Below the pieces are notes generated by a model. The model made no database searches and was not told the DNA's origin. It saw nothing but the letters and a program-made list of their open reading frames with translations. Both the position numbers and the translations under genes were made by a program. Source: Candidatus Aegiribacteria sp. (GTDB taxonomy: Bacteria; Fermentibacterota; Fermentibacteria; Fermentibacterales; JCC-6). Taken from it: 64,000 bases of DNA. Position 1 is the stretch's first letter, and every line of letters begins with the position of its first letter. Below, one piece after another: positions 51,375 through 59,550 of this stretch. The stretch is taken from contig JAIOQY010000184.1 of the NCBI GenBank assembly GCA_021108435.1, positions 10,211 to 74,210 of the forward strand. The letters run 5' to 3'.

Positions 51375-51749
51375 CTAAAATACTGTACTTAGAGATACTG
51401 TTTCTGAAGCCCCTGAGCTATTCCATGTAACTTCACAGACAATGAGTTTTGCCTCTGAATATTCCACGCTGTAATCACTTACAGTTAAGTCCCTTGTATA
51501 GGTTATCTCTGCCAGGGTTATATTTTCCGAAGTTGTTCCTGCGGAAAGATCTTCAGTTCTGCATTGCTCAAGTCCCTGTCTGCACAGTTCCAACGCTTTT
51601 GTCTGGTCATCAATTTTGTTCGAATTCTCGATCATCGACGAAATGAAATAACCAAGACCTACGATCAGAATCGCGAGTATAACACTCGCGACAAGCAACT
51701 CGACCAGGGTAAATCCTCCCTGATCGTTACGGGGTATTCTACCTGTCAT
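51375..51749 (-). CDS. small pseudopilin (PilV/GspI-like)
   Basis: MTGRIPRNDQGG/FTLVELLVASVILAILIVG is a prepilin cleavage/methylation motif. AGGAGG lies 6 nt upstream of the ATG at 51749. Confidence 0.8.
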   Translation of the reverse strand: MTGRIPRNDQGGFTLVELLVASVILAILIVGLGYFISSMIENSNKIDDQTKALELCRQGLEQCRTEDLSAGTTSENITLAEITYTRDLTVSDYSVEYSEAKLIVCEVTWNSSGASETVSLSTVF

Positions 51750-52155
51750 CGTTTCCTCCTGTCTCATTAATTGATTCAATTTCAATTTCATTACCGTTCC
51801 TGCAGTTAAGATATATTCTCCGTACAAGTTCGATTCTTTCTCCCGAAGATGATGTAACTTCTACAGAGAATTCGCGCTCATTCTCTGCAAGCGTGAATAC
51901 AACTGTTCTTACTACAAAATCAGAATTGCCTACGATCTCATGATACATTGATGAACCGTCCTCCGGGACATCCACCTGGTAATTGAGAGCAGACATTCGA
52001 TTTGTAGCAAGTATCAGAGCATTTCTCCTGTCTGACAGTTCCATTCTCCCTGAGATGAAGAATTTCAGAGAGAACAGGATTGTAAAGGTTATCAGTAAAA
52101 GAGTCACCATGGGAACCAGTGCTTTCGAAGGGGAATAACGTTTCCCGATCTTCAT
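51739..52155 (-). CDS. small N-terminally anchored protein of the pilus operon (pilin-like size, no G/FTLxE motif)
   Basis: KALVPMVTLLLITFTILFSLKFF anchor. 138 aa. ATGA overlap with the upstream gene. Confidence 0.5.
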   Translation of the reverse strand: MKIGKRYSPSKALVPMVTLLLITFTILFSLKFFISGRMELSDRRNALILATNRMSALNYQVDVPEDGSSMYHEIVGNSDFVVRTVVFTLAENEREFSVEVTSSSGERIELVRRIYLNCRNGNEIEIESINETGGNDDR

Positions 52156-53621
52156 CCCCTGATCCTCCCCACTGGTGTCAGGATATCCAGCCTGTTTCTA
52201 TTTGAAAAAAGAATATTGAAGGTATACATGTTTCTTAATTCCGGTTCTTCATCGAATCTGCCTGTTGAAATTTCCAGTTCCACCAGGACATCCTCGGATC
52301 CGGCTGGATCCAGGTATAACAACATATTTTCTTCAGAGATGACCGCTATATCAATTCCACCGGAACCGTTGAAGTCCCCTGGAATACCACTATTAAGCAG
52401 AGGGGAAACCTGACCTGATATATCAGAAGTAACTATTTCAGTACTCCCGTTCCTGTGGCCAGTAAGAGTATTCCGATAAGAAAATATTCTTCCGTTATAC
52501 CCGTCTAGAAGAACATTATGATTATTAAGATTCTGGAAACCGTGTACAAGATACTTCCTCCAGGATACTTCCGAATTCCCATAATCCCATAATCCTCCAA
52601 GTCCGTGCCTGTCTTGGATATACCCCCATGCGATAAGTTCAGCGGATTCTACTTCATCTTTTAGCAGCATTCCTCTGGTTGAAGACATACAGGCAAGACA
52701 GTCCTTGCTTGCCCATACCGTGTCGTAATATCCATCAAGATCAAAATCACCGAAAAATACATCCTTGATCAAAGGAGGATTAAGTGTGGAAGCTATAGAT
52801 TCATCAGATGATATTTCCCCGAATATTTTCCCATCAGGCATAATCACCGGACATGTTCCTGTGGCAGAATAGAGATGCCTGATTTCTCCGCTATCAAGCT
52901 CGATGGCTATTCCAGCGTTGAACCCATCATTTATAACAACTACAGGCCCTGATTCTGTAAGACCTGTGGTGATAACAGAAGACTCTGAAATTCTAAAATC
53001 CCCAAGAGAATAGGCTGATGACGAACCAAAATCAGATATGGCAATAAGGACATCAACTTCAGTGTTATCACACGCAAGAACAGCAAGAGGTTCAATATCG
53101 GGTACGCATTCCTTCAAGATCCAGCTGCCTTGAACGGAACATATCGTTACGGGGAAACCCACCCTGTTCCTGTCTTCGCCATACTCTCTGAGATATACAA
53201 TAACGCTGTCATCTGTCGTATTTCCAGCAACCAGCAGACCACTGCGCGACGGAACAGCTGATAATTCAGATACTCCCGGAAATTCGTAACGAAGCGTTCT
53301 GCTTTCAACCGGTGTAGATTCAATAAGTCGGAATCGAGATATCATCCCCCCGGTTTCAACAGGCAGGATGGAATCCTCAGGAGATATTCTGCCGGAACCA
53401 TACATGAATGCGGCATATTCAATCGCTGCATCGTGTGATAATGTTGCCTGTGTCGATTTTTCTACTACTTTCTGCTTTTCAGATGCTTTCGAGACATATC
53501 CAAAAAGGAGTGATATGGAAAGTATAACTACAGCTGATACTGCTAATGAAATAACATATGCGGCACCGGAGCCCGTCCCCTTCGGAATATCACAATATGA
53601 TCTGCTTCTATTTGTATTCAT
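52152..53621 (-). CDS. membrane-anchored FG-GAP/VCBS-repeat protein (PilY1-like role?)
   Basis: PilX_N-like anchor GSGAAYVISLAVSAVVILSISLLF. FG-GAP-type Ca-binding motifs FGDFDLDGYYD and GDFNGSGGIDIAV. First gene of the operon. Confidence 0.6.
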   Translation of the reverse strand: MNTNRSRSYCDIPKGTGSGAAYVISLAVSAVVILSISLLFGYVSKASEKQKVVEKSTQATLSHDAAIEYAAFMYGSGRISPEDSILPVETGGMISRFRLIESTPVESRTLRYEFPGVSELSAVPSRSGLLVAGNTTDDSVIVYLREYGEDRNRVGFPVTICSVQGSWILKECVPDIEPLAVLACDNTEVDVLIAISDFGSSSAYSLGDFRISESSVITTGLTESGPVVVINDGFNAGIAIELDSGEIRHLYSATGTCPVIMPDGKIFGEISSDESIASTLNPPLIKDVFFGDFDLDGYYDTVWASKDCLACMSSTRGMLLKDEVESAELIAWGYIQDRHGLGGLWDYGNSEVSWRKYLVHGFQNLNNHNVLLDGYNGRIFSYRNTLTGHRNGSTEIVTSDISGQVSPLLNSGIPGDFNGSGGIDIAVISEENMLLYLDPAGSEDVLVELEISTGRFDEEPELRNMYTFNILFSNRNRLDILTPVGRIRG

Positions 53622-53636
53622 AACAACACTACTTAA

Positions 53637-53652
53637 TGCATACTTCTTGCCA
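53637..53652 (-). promoter_or_regulatory. candidate sigma54 (-24/-12) promoter of the minor-pilin operon
   Basis: The minus strand reads TGGCAAGAAGTATGCA with correct GG-N10-GC spacing. 13 of 17 positions match the motif upstream of pilA at 61724-61739. Caveat: it lies only 17 nt from the ATG, implying a very short leader. Confidence 0.3.
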
Positions 53653-53756
53653 GATCTGTGTTATCGATTGATGTGTATTTATTATTGAATTGCAGTAATA
53701 TTAATCCAATGTAAACTTAAGAATGTGCAAAGATCTGCACGCTGTATGAAAGGCTG

Positions 53757-54797
53757 TTACATTTTCCTGCTGAACAAATCCGCTTCTGTAGTCTCACTAA
53801 GATCAGCTCTCACGATTGTCTTCCGGGCATGCGAAAGATTAACATAGAATCGTTCGGAGTAAAGCTCATAATCATCTCTCAACCTTGACGGAGTCATATT
53901 CACGGTAATAACATTGGCTCCCGCATCGAAACACCGAAGCTGGCCATCCTTTCTCAAACGCTCAAAAGTACTCGTTGCCGGTATAAGCGTATTCTTTAAA
54001 AATAGCCTCATAGCAGCTATGAAGCGAAGTCCCAGATCAACGTCACCAACAGGATAGTCTTCAAGGGGTGTCCCCTTTGCAGGGAGAAAAACAGAAACAC
54101 TCGACATGTCAACTTTCAGATCCTTCATGAGAATGAGATCATCGACAAGAGAATCTATTGTCTGCCCTGGAAGACCAAGCAGCGGCCCTGAACCAATATG
54201 GTAACTGTGATCTCTGAGAGTCCTCAGCCATTTGATCCTATCGGCAAGAGTAAACCCGGGCTTCATTTTCTCGAAGAGATCAGCATTGGAAGTTTCATGT
54301 TTGAGAATGAATTTTCTGGCTCCGGCTTCATACCAGTAATCAAGGTCATCAGCTCTGTGAATTCCTACACACAGAAGCACCATCATATCCATGTCGGATA
54401 TCCTCCTGATAACATCACCCAGCCATTCGGCGTTGTACTCCTCGCTTTCAGCCGCCTGGAGGAAAAAGGTTCTTATCCCATTCGAAAGCGCGGTTTCAGC
54501 CACGGATACTATTTCATCTGGATCAAGTGTGAATCTTAGAATTTCCGTATTCTCTGCTCTCATTCCGCAATAGACGCAACTGCATCTGCAAGTGTTGGCG
54601 AATTCAATTACAGCCCGAATGAAAGCCCTGTCACCGAAGTGAAGTCTTCGAACTTCTCTTGCGGCTTCGAACAGTATTTCCGATTCTTCATCTGATGAAA
54701 GAAGAATCGCCTTCAAATCATCTTTAGAAAATCCGCTGTTCAGCCTGCCTGTGATCCATCTCTGATCAATATGCTCCATTAATATCATCCTTTTCAC
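53757..54797 (-). CDS. radical SAM enzyme of the BioB/HydE/PylB type
   Basis: IEFANTCRCSCVYCGMRAEN (CxxxCxxC) in a HydE-like N-terminal context (ILFEAAREVRRLHFGDRAFIRAVIEF...). 346 aa TIM-barrel size. Confidence 0.7.
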   Translation of the reverse strand: MKRMILMEHIDQRWITGRLNSGFSKDDLKAILLSSDEESEILFEAAREVRRLHFGDRAFIRAVIEFANTCRCSCVYCGMRAENTEILRFTLDPDEIVSVAETALSNGIRTFFLQAAESEEYNAEWLGDVIRRISDMDMMVLLCVGIHRADDLDYWYEAGARKFILKHETSNADLFEKMKPGFTLADRIKWLRTLRDHSYHIGSGPLLGLPGQTIDSLVDDLILMKDLKVDMSSVSVFLPAKGTPLEDYPVGDVDLGLRFIAAMRLFLKNTLIPATSTFERLRKDGQLRCFDAGANVITVNMTPSRLRDDYELYSERFYVNLSHARKTIVRADLSETTEADLFSRKM

Positions 54798-55590
54798 GCA
54801 TGTGCTGAATCATTAAAAGAACATCTTCTGTTTCAGGCATGATTTCTGTCCATATACGGAAAGACTCCGCAGCCTGATATACAAGCATTGATTCCCCGGT
54901 AAACACCCTTGAGCTGTTTGTATTAAGAAGATTTCTCCATTTCCAGAACCGGTTGTAATTCAAGTCAATAAAGAACCTGTCCTTCAAAGATTCAGCATCG
55001 ACCGGGAAGGAATCGTTATTCATCCATCCCAGAGTCGTTGCGTTTATTACGGTACAGTCTCTGGTTTTCAGTAAGGCAGATTCTATTTCATCTAGTTCCC
55101 GAGCAGGTGAATTTCCTCTCCATGCTTCCGGATTCCTGCTGAACACAACAGATTCCGCTCCATCGGACGAAAGCACCAGATCTACCGCAAGCGCGACTCC
55201 TCCGGCTCCAACAATAAAAAAGGGCTCAGGCGGTGACAGGAGTGATAGAAGATGCCGGAAACCGCAGATATCAGTGTTATAACCATAAGTCACTCCGTCA
55301 ATTCTGTGAACAGTATTTATTACTCCAATTACTGACGCATCTCCCATGATCTCATCGCAGATTCCATAAGCTGCAGCTTTATGAGGATAAGTAACGTTCA
55401 ATCCCGTAATTCCTGTTTCCAGGAGAATGAGCGCATTATTGATGAGCTGTCCCGGCATCATGGGGTATAATTCATACTCCCCCCGCAGGCCACAGGATTT
55501 GAGAAATTCAAGATGAATGAATGGAGATAGTGAGTGTTCCAGAGGCCAGCCTGTAAGACCAAGTTTATAGTAATTCTCAGTTTCAGCCAT
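54766..55590 (-). CDS. aroE: shikimate dehydrogenase-family oxidoreductase
   Basis: YKLGLTGWPLEHSLSPFIHLEFL, NVTYPHK, and a Rossmann FFIVGAGGVALAV. 274 aa. Confidence 0.8.
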   Translation of the reverse strand: MAETENYYKLGLTGWPLEHSLSPFIHLEFLKSCGLRGEYELYPMMPGQLINNALILLETGITGLNVTYPHKAAAYGICDEIMGDASVIGVINTVHRIDGVTYGYNTDICGFRHLLSLLSPPEPFFIVGAGGVALAVDLVLSSDGAESVVFSRNPEAWRGNSPARELDEIESALLKTRDCTVINATTLGWMNNDSFPVDAESLKDRFFIDLNYNRFWKWRNLLNTNSSRVFTGESMLVYQAAESFRIWTEIMPETEDVLLMIQHMREKDDINGAY

Positions 55591-56830
55591 GTCTCAATCT
55601 TCGCATCCTCTGGAGTATTCGGTACAACCAGTCAGATGGACCCGCTGTTCTGAAGAATACAGGATCAAAGAAATCACACTCTTCGTCAACCAGTCCTTCG
55701 TTTATCATCTGTAACGCAATTGGGGAATGAGCGTATGCCCTTATGGTGCCGATATTCACAAATGTTTCTCTGGGACCAAGCATCAGCCTGACCCTGAACA
55801 TGAACCAGAGTTTCCTGAGCAATGAACCAAAACCCTCTCCCGGATTCCCATTGAAGAAGTTAATACCCACGTGAAAACCCAATGCTCTTGCTGCCTTTAC
55901 TGCTGGAAGAAGATCCGCTGCCTTTCCACGCTTGCCCATTCTTTGAAGACCCCTGTCAGAAATCGCATCCGGGGAGAAATCAACCTTTACAGCTCCTGCA
56001 TGTCTCATTCTTGCAAGCTGATCAGGGGTTATCCTGTGATCAAGCCACGCACTCCAGGATAGTTTCGTCTCAGATGCCTCAATAGCAGACAGAAGTTCCT
56101 CAAAATAGTCCTCTGGAGCATTGAACACCGAATCAACGAACTGAAATCGTGACACACCGAGCTTCTCAAGGGTCCTGATATCTTCCAGAACCTTAGCTAC
56201 AGGTCTTTCTCTGAACTTCTTTCCACTGAGATAGCCGTACGTACAATAAGTACAATTAAATTCGCAGCCCCGTCTGCTCTGGATACCTATAGCGTCATCG
56301 GCTGAGTAGTATGATAAGTTCAGAAATGCGTAATCCGGAGAAGAGACAGCATCAAGATCGACTTTCCCCCAGGGCAGTAATCTGCCTCCGCCCCATTCCG
56401 GAATGCTCGAACCATGCTCGATATGATTCAATAGCACCGGGAGCTGATCCTCACCTTCTCCAGGCAGACCATAATCTATCCTGGGATACTTATCCAGAAT
56501 AATCGAAGGGTATATGGAAAAACCGGTTCCCCCTACTAACAAAGTACCTTCCCATTGTTCCAGAACATCAATGATCTCCGAAAAAGGTGTCATATATGAA
56601 AAAGTTACAGGATAAGAGCTGTCATCAATATTGCGCAGCGAAATGCATACAACGTCAGGTTTGAACGATTCAAGCTCGCTCCTGAGAATACCTGCGAATT
56701 CGGAATACAGACTTAAATCCAATCCCTTAATGTCGTGTTCAATGAGCTGACCGGCCAGACAGGCAAGACCCAGTGGGAATATGGGTGCTTCCCTTCGCCC
56801 GGTGGGAGATTGCACCAAAAGAATTTTCAA
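55583..56830 (-). CDS. B12-binding-domain radical SAM enzyme (class B)
   Basis: N-terminal MKILLVQSP...FPLGLACLAGQL (cobalamin-binding Rossmann-like domain) and CEFNCTYCTY (CxxxCxxC). Confidence 0.75.
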   Translation of the reverse strand: MKILLVQSPTGRREAPIFPLGLACLAGQLIEHDIKGLDLSLYSEFAGILRSELESFKPDVVCISLRNIDDSSYPVTFSYMTPFSEIIDVLEQWEGTLLVGGTGFSIYPSIILDKYPRIDYGLPGEGEDQLPVLLNHIEHGSSIPEWGGGRLLPWGKVDLDAVSSPDYAFLNLSYYSADDAIGIQSRRGCEFNCTYCTYGYLSGKKFRERPVAKVLEDIRTLEKLGVSRFQFVDSVFNAPEDYFEELLSAIEASETKLSWSAWLDHRITPDQLARMRHAGAVKVDFSPDAISDRGLQRMGKRGKAADLLPAVKAARALGFHVGINFFNGNPGEGFGSLLRKLWFMFRVRLMLGPRETFVNIGTIRAYAHSPIALQMINEGLVDEECDFFDPVFFRTAGPSDWLYRILQRMRRLRHG

Positions 56831-56878
56831 CAGGTTTTCCCTCTTTTCAATTTTCCATCCTGGAGTATTTTAAGTATA

Positions 56879-57922
56879 ATGAAATTTATGAGAATCAGCT
56901 TCGCTGTAATAATCACATTCCTGATTCCTGTTTTCTTCCCCGCACAGAGGATTGAAGCGGGTTGCGAACCGGTACGCATCTCCTCACTTGACAGCCTTGC
57001 TTCTGATATTTCATTACTTGGATATGTACCTTCAGGAGGAAATCTGCCGGTACTGGCAGCTGCTAATAACTGGTTTGGATTATTGTCCCGAGTACAATTG
57101 CTTCCATGCGACAGCAGGGAATTGAACGCTATTCAGGAAGACACGTCCGGAAAGTGGGGATATTACGGTATCGCCGACTGGTCCATCGGCGGAGACAAGG
57201 TTCTGGTCCTTGCGCCTCCACCACGCTGCAGTCCTCTCGAAATTCAATCAGAAGTTCCGGTTGGTTCTGAAACTGGCTTCATTCTCGATGGGTACGAAAC
57301 TCTCAGGAATCCTCAGGCAGCGATCAGAACTCCCGGAATGCAGGTGACTGATCTTGTACCGGATTCCACAGGAAGATTCACATTTTCAGCTGCGGAATAT
57401 GGAATTTACTGGGTGGAGATAATGGAGCAGACAGCATCGGGCCCTTCCATTACCCTTCTCTTCCCGGTGATATCGGGAGGCACGGTAACTGATGTTCTGA
57501 TGGGTGACATACCTTCAGCAGCATCTGACGCATCATGTCCTGAAGATATACTCGATGAAGTGAATATGCTCAGAGAGAATGCGGGAATCCCGGCTCTCCA
57601 TCGTGAAAGCATGCTTGATTCCATTGCTTTTATTAGAGCAGGTGCTCTTGCTTTTTCCGGAACCTCTGTTCATTTCAGTCCCCTGAACAGTGATCTGCCG
57701 GATATTCTACCCGCAGGAATGGAAACGTACGGAGAAAATATCGGAAGGGGGGCAGGATACCAGGAAGCCTGGTCCATGATCCTGATAAGCCCTTTCCATC
57801 TGAGAACATGCATGTCTCCAGCCTATCGAAATATCGGAATTGCAGGTGCTGTTGATTCAGGCGCATATGAATGGCAGCTGGTCATGGTACAGATATTCAC
57901 ATCAGAAAGAAATGGATTATGA
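56879..57922 (+). CDS. secreted protein with C-terminal CAP/SCP (YkwD-like) domain
   Basis: Signal peptide MKFMRISFAVIITFLIPVFFPAQ. The C-terminal ILDEVNMLRENAGIPAL...YGENIGRGAGYQEAWSMILISPFHLRTCMSPAYRNIGIA matches the CAP pattern. The ATG at 56879 is preferred; the track start at 56735 overlaps the divergent rSAM gene. Confidence 0.7.
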   Translation: MKFMRISFAVIITFLIPVFFPAQRIEAGCEPVRISSLDSLASDISLLGYVPSGGNLPVLAAANNWFGLLSRVQLLPCDSRELNAIQEDTSGKWGYYGIADWSIGGDKVLVLAPPPRCSPLEIQSEVPVGSETGFILDGYETLRNPQAAIRTPGMQVTDLVPDSTGRFTFSAAEYGIYWVEIMEQTASGPSITLLFPVISGGTVTDVLMGDIPSAASDASCPEDILDEVNMLRENAGIPALHRESMLDSIAFIRAGALAFSGTSVHFSPLNSDLPDILPAGMETYGENIGRGAGYQEAWSMILISPFHLRTCMSPAYRNIGIAGAVDSGAYEWQLVMVQIFTSERNGL

Positions 57923-59550
57923 TAAATCCGATCAGTGAGATATTCGGATGCAGCAATCTGCTCTCAACTGGGTTTTTTAGTCCGGATCATATTCTGATTA
58001 TTGCAGTTCTGGCTGTGGGGAGTATTATCACCGGTGGCTATCCAATAATCACTTCGTCCTCAATTGAATTCTCCATGAACAGGATATTCATCTTTGTGAT
58101 ATTCTTCCTCTGCCCGAAGATTCTTGCTTTTGAAGTCACAAGTATTTGTTTTCTCGGCAGCTCACTTCTTAGAACTAAAGAATCACGAACAGTATTCTGG
58201 CGATATCTGATTTCAGGAATAACTGCAATTGCAATTCTCAGGACCAGTTCTATCATAATTCCGTGGTTTTTGCAGAACTTCCAGCAACAGCTTTCAATAA
58301 TAATAGCCATCCCTGCTGTAATTCTATCTGATATAATTCTGAATTATCTATTCTCGAGAAAATGTACTTTACCTGTTACCGATAGGATAGGCAGGCAGTT
58401 GATATCTTATATTGTTATCCTCCCACTCACTTTTATAACAATCATTCTGCTCATACAGGCAGAGCTTCTCGGCGCCCTTCTTGCTGTTTTCACAATTACG
58501 GGATTCTCTTTTATCGGCAGGTCAATAGTTAAAAAATACAGAATAAACCAGTTCAGGATAAGAGAAATCATCCAACAGAATATACTTGCTGCACGATTGA
58601 TGGAATCCTTTACTTTCAGTGAATTCCTGGCAACACTCGAAGAATATTTCTCAGAGTCTGAGGAATGCAGGGTAAGGATTCTTTCCCGCTCCTCAGGTAA
58701 TCCTGACTGGATACTATGGAGTTTGAACGGACAGAGAAATGTTATCACTTCTGAAATTACTGGAAGTATTCCCGGCAAGGGCAGAATTTCGCTGAATTTC
58801 AAGGTTCGTGAAATAACTGCAACTGTTATAGGGTTATCAGATAATTCAGATCTCCTGTTATTATTGAGCGGTCCAACTGAAAATGTAATCCGCGGAATGC
58901 CATCAAATCTGCTGGATAATCTGACACTTCTTCTCAAACATGCCTGGGAAGCAGTAGGTCATTCGATGAGAAGTGATAAGTCATTCCTTGCGGCAGCTGT
59001 CATGCTGGCACGATTGGCGGATTCAAAAGATGATTACACTCATGGACACTCAATGAGAGTATCGGATCTATCCTGCGCACTCGGCAGGGAACTCAGACTC
59101 TCCCGGAAAAACATCCAGATTCTAAGAGTCGGAGCAATCCTGCATGATATTGGAAAACTTGCTATTCCGATACCAATTCTCACAAAAAGAGGCCTCCTTA
59201 CAAGAAGGGAAAGAGAGATAATACAGAATCATCCTGCCGAGGGAGCAAAAATCGTATCGGAACTGTCCGGATATGAAGAAGTCACAAAAATAATTAGAAG
59301 CCATCATGAGAGACTTGATGGAAACGGATATCCCGATGGTCTTCAAAATATTGATATTCCATTTCTTGCAAGAATCGTAGCCATAGCAGACACATTCGAT
59401 GCAATAACAAGTGCCAGATCATATCATTCAATTGCAGACCAGGAAAACGCGATTGAAACAATAAAAGAGGGGAAAGGAATTCAATTCGACTCCAGGATAG
59501 TTGATGCCCTTGAGAAAGTAATTCAAAGCGAATCGGCGCGTCAGGCATGA
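57919..59550 (+). CDS. polytopic membrane HD-GYP phosphodiesterase (c-di-GMP)
   Basis: ATGA overlap with the CAP gene. About 6-7 N-terminal TM helices. HGHSMRV, LHDIGK (HD at 59143-59148), HHERLDGNGYPDGL (59302-59334), IADTFDAITSARSY. Confidence 0.85.
   Translation: MINPISEIFGCSNLLSTGFFSPDHILIIAVLAVGSIITGGYPIITSSSIEFSMNRIFIFVIFFLCPKILAFEVTSICFLGSSLLRTKESRTVFWRYLISGITAIAILRTSSIIIPWFLQNFQQQLSIIIAIPAVILSDIILNYLFSRKCTLPVTDRIGRQLISYIVILPLTFITIILLIQAELLGALLAVFTITGFSFIGRSIVKKYRINQFRIREIIQQNILAARLMESFTFSEFLATLEEYFSESEECRVRILSRSSGNPDWILWSLNGQRNVITSEITGSIPGKGRISLNFKVREITATVIGLSDNSDLLLLLSGPTENVIRGMPSNLLDNLTLLLKHAWEAVGHSMRSDKSFLAAAVMLARLADSKDDYTHGHSMRVSDLSCALGRELRLSRKNIQILRVGAILHDIGKLAIPIPILTKRGLLTRREREIIQNHPAEGAKIVSELSGYEEVTKIIRSHHERLDGNGYPDGLQNIDIPFLARIVAIADTFDAITSARSYHSIADQENAIETIKEGKGIQFDSRIVDALEKVIQSESARQA

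Noticed and set aside
56735-56878. 48-codon N-terminal extension of the CAP-domain ORF
   Set aside because: It overlaps the start of the divergent radical SAM gene. The signal peptide begins at the ATG at 56879.
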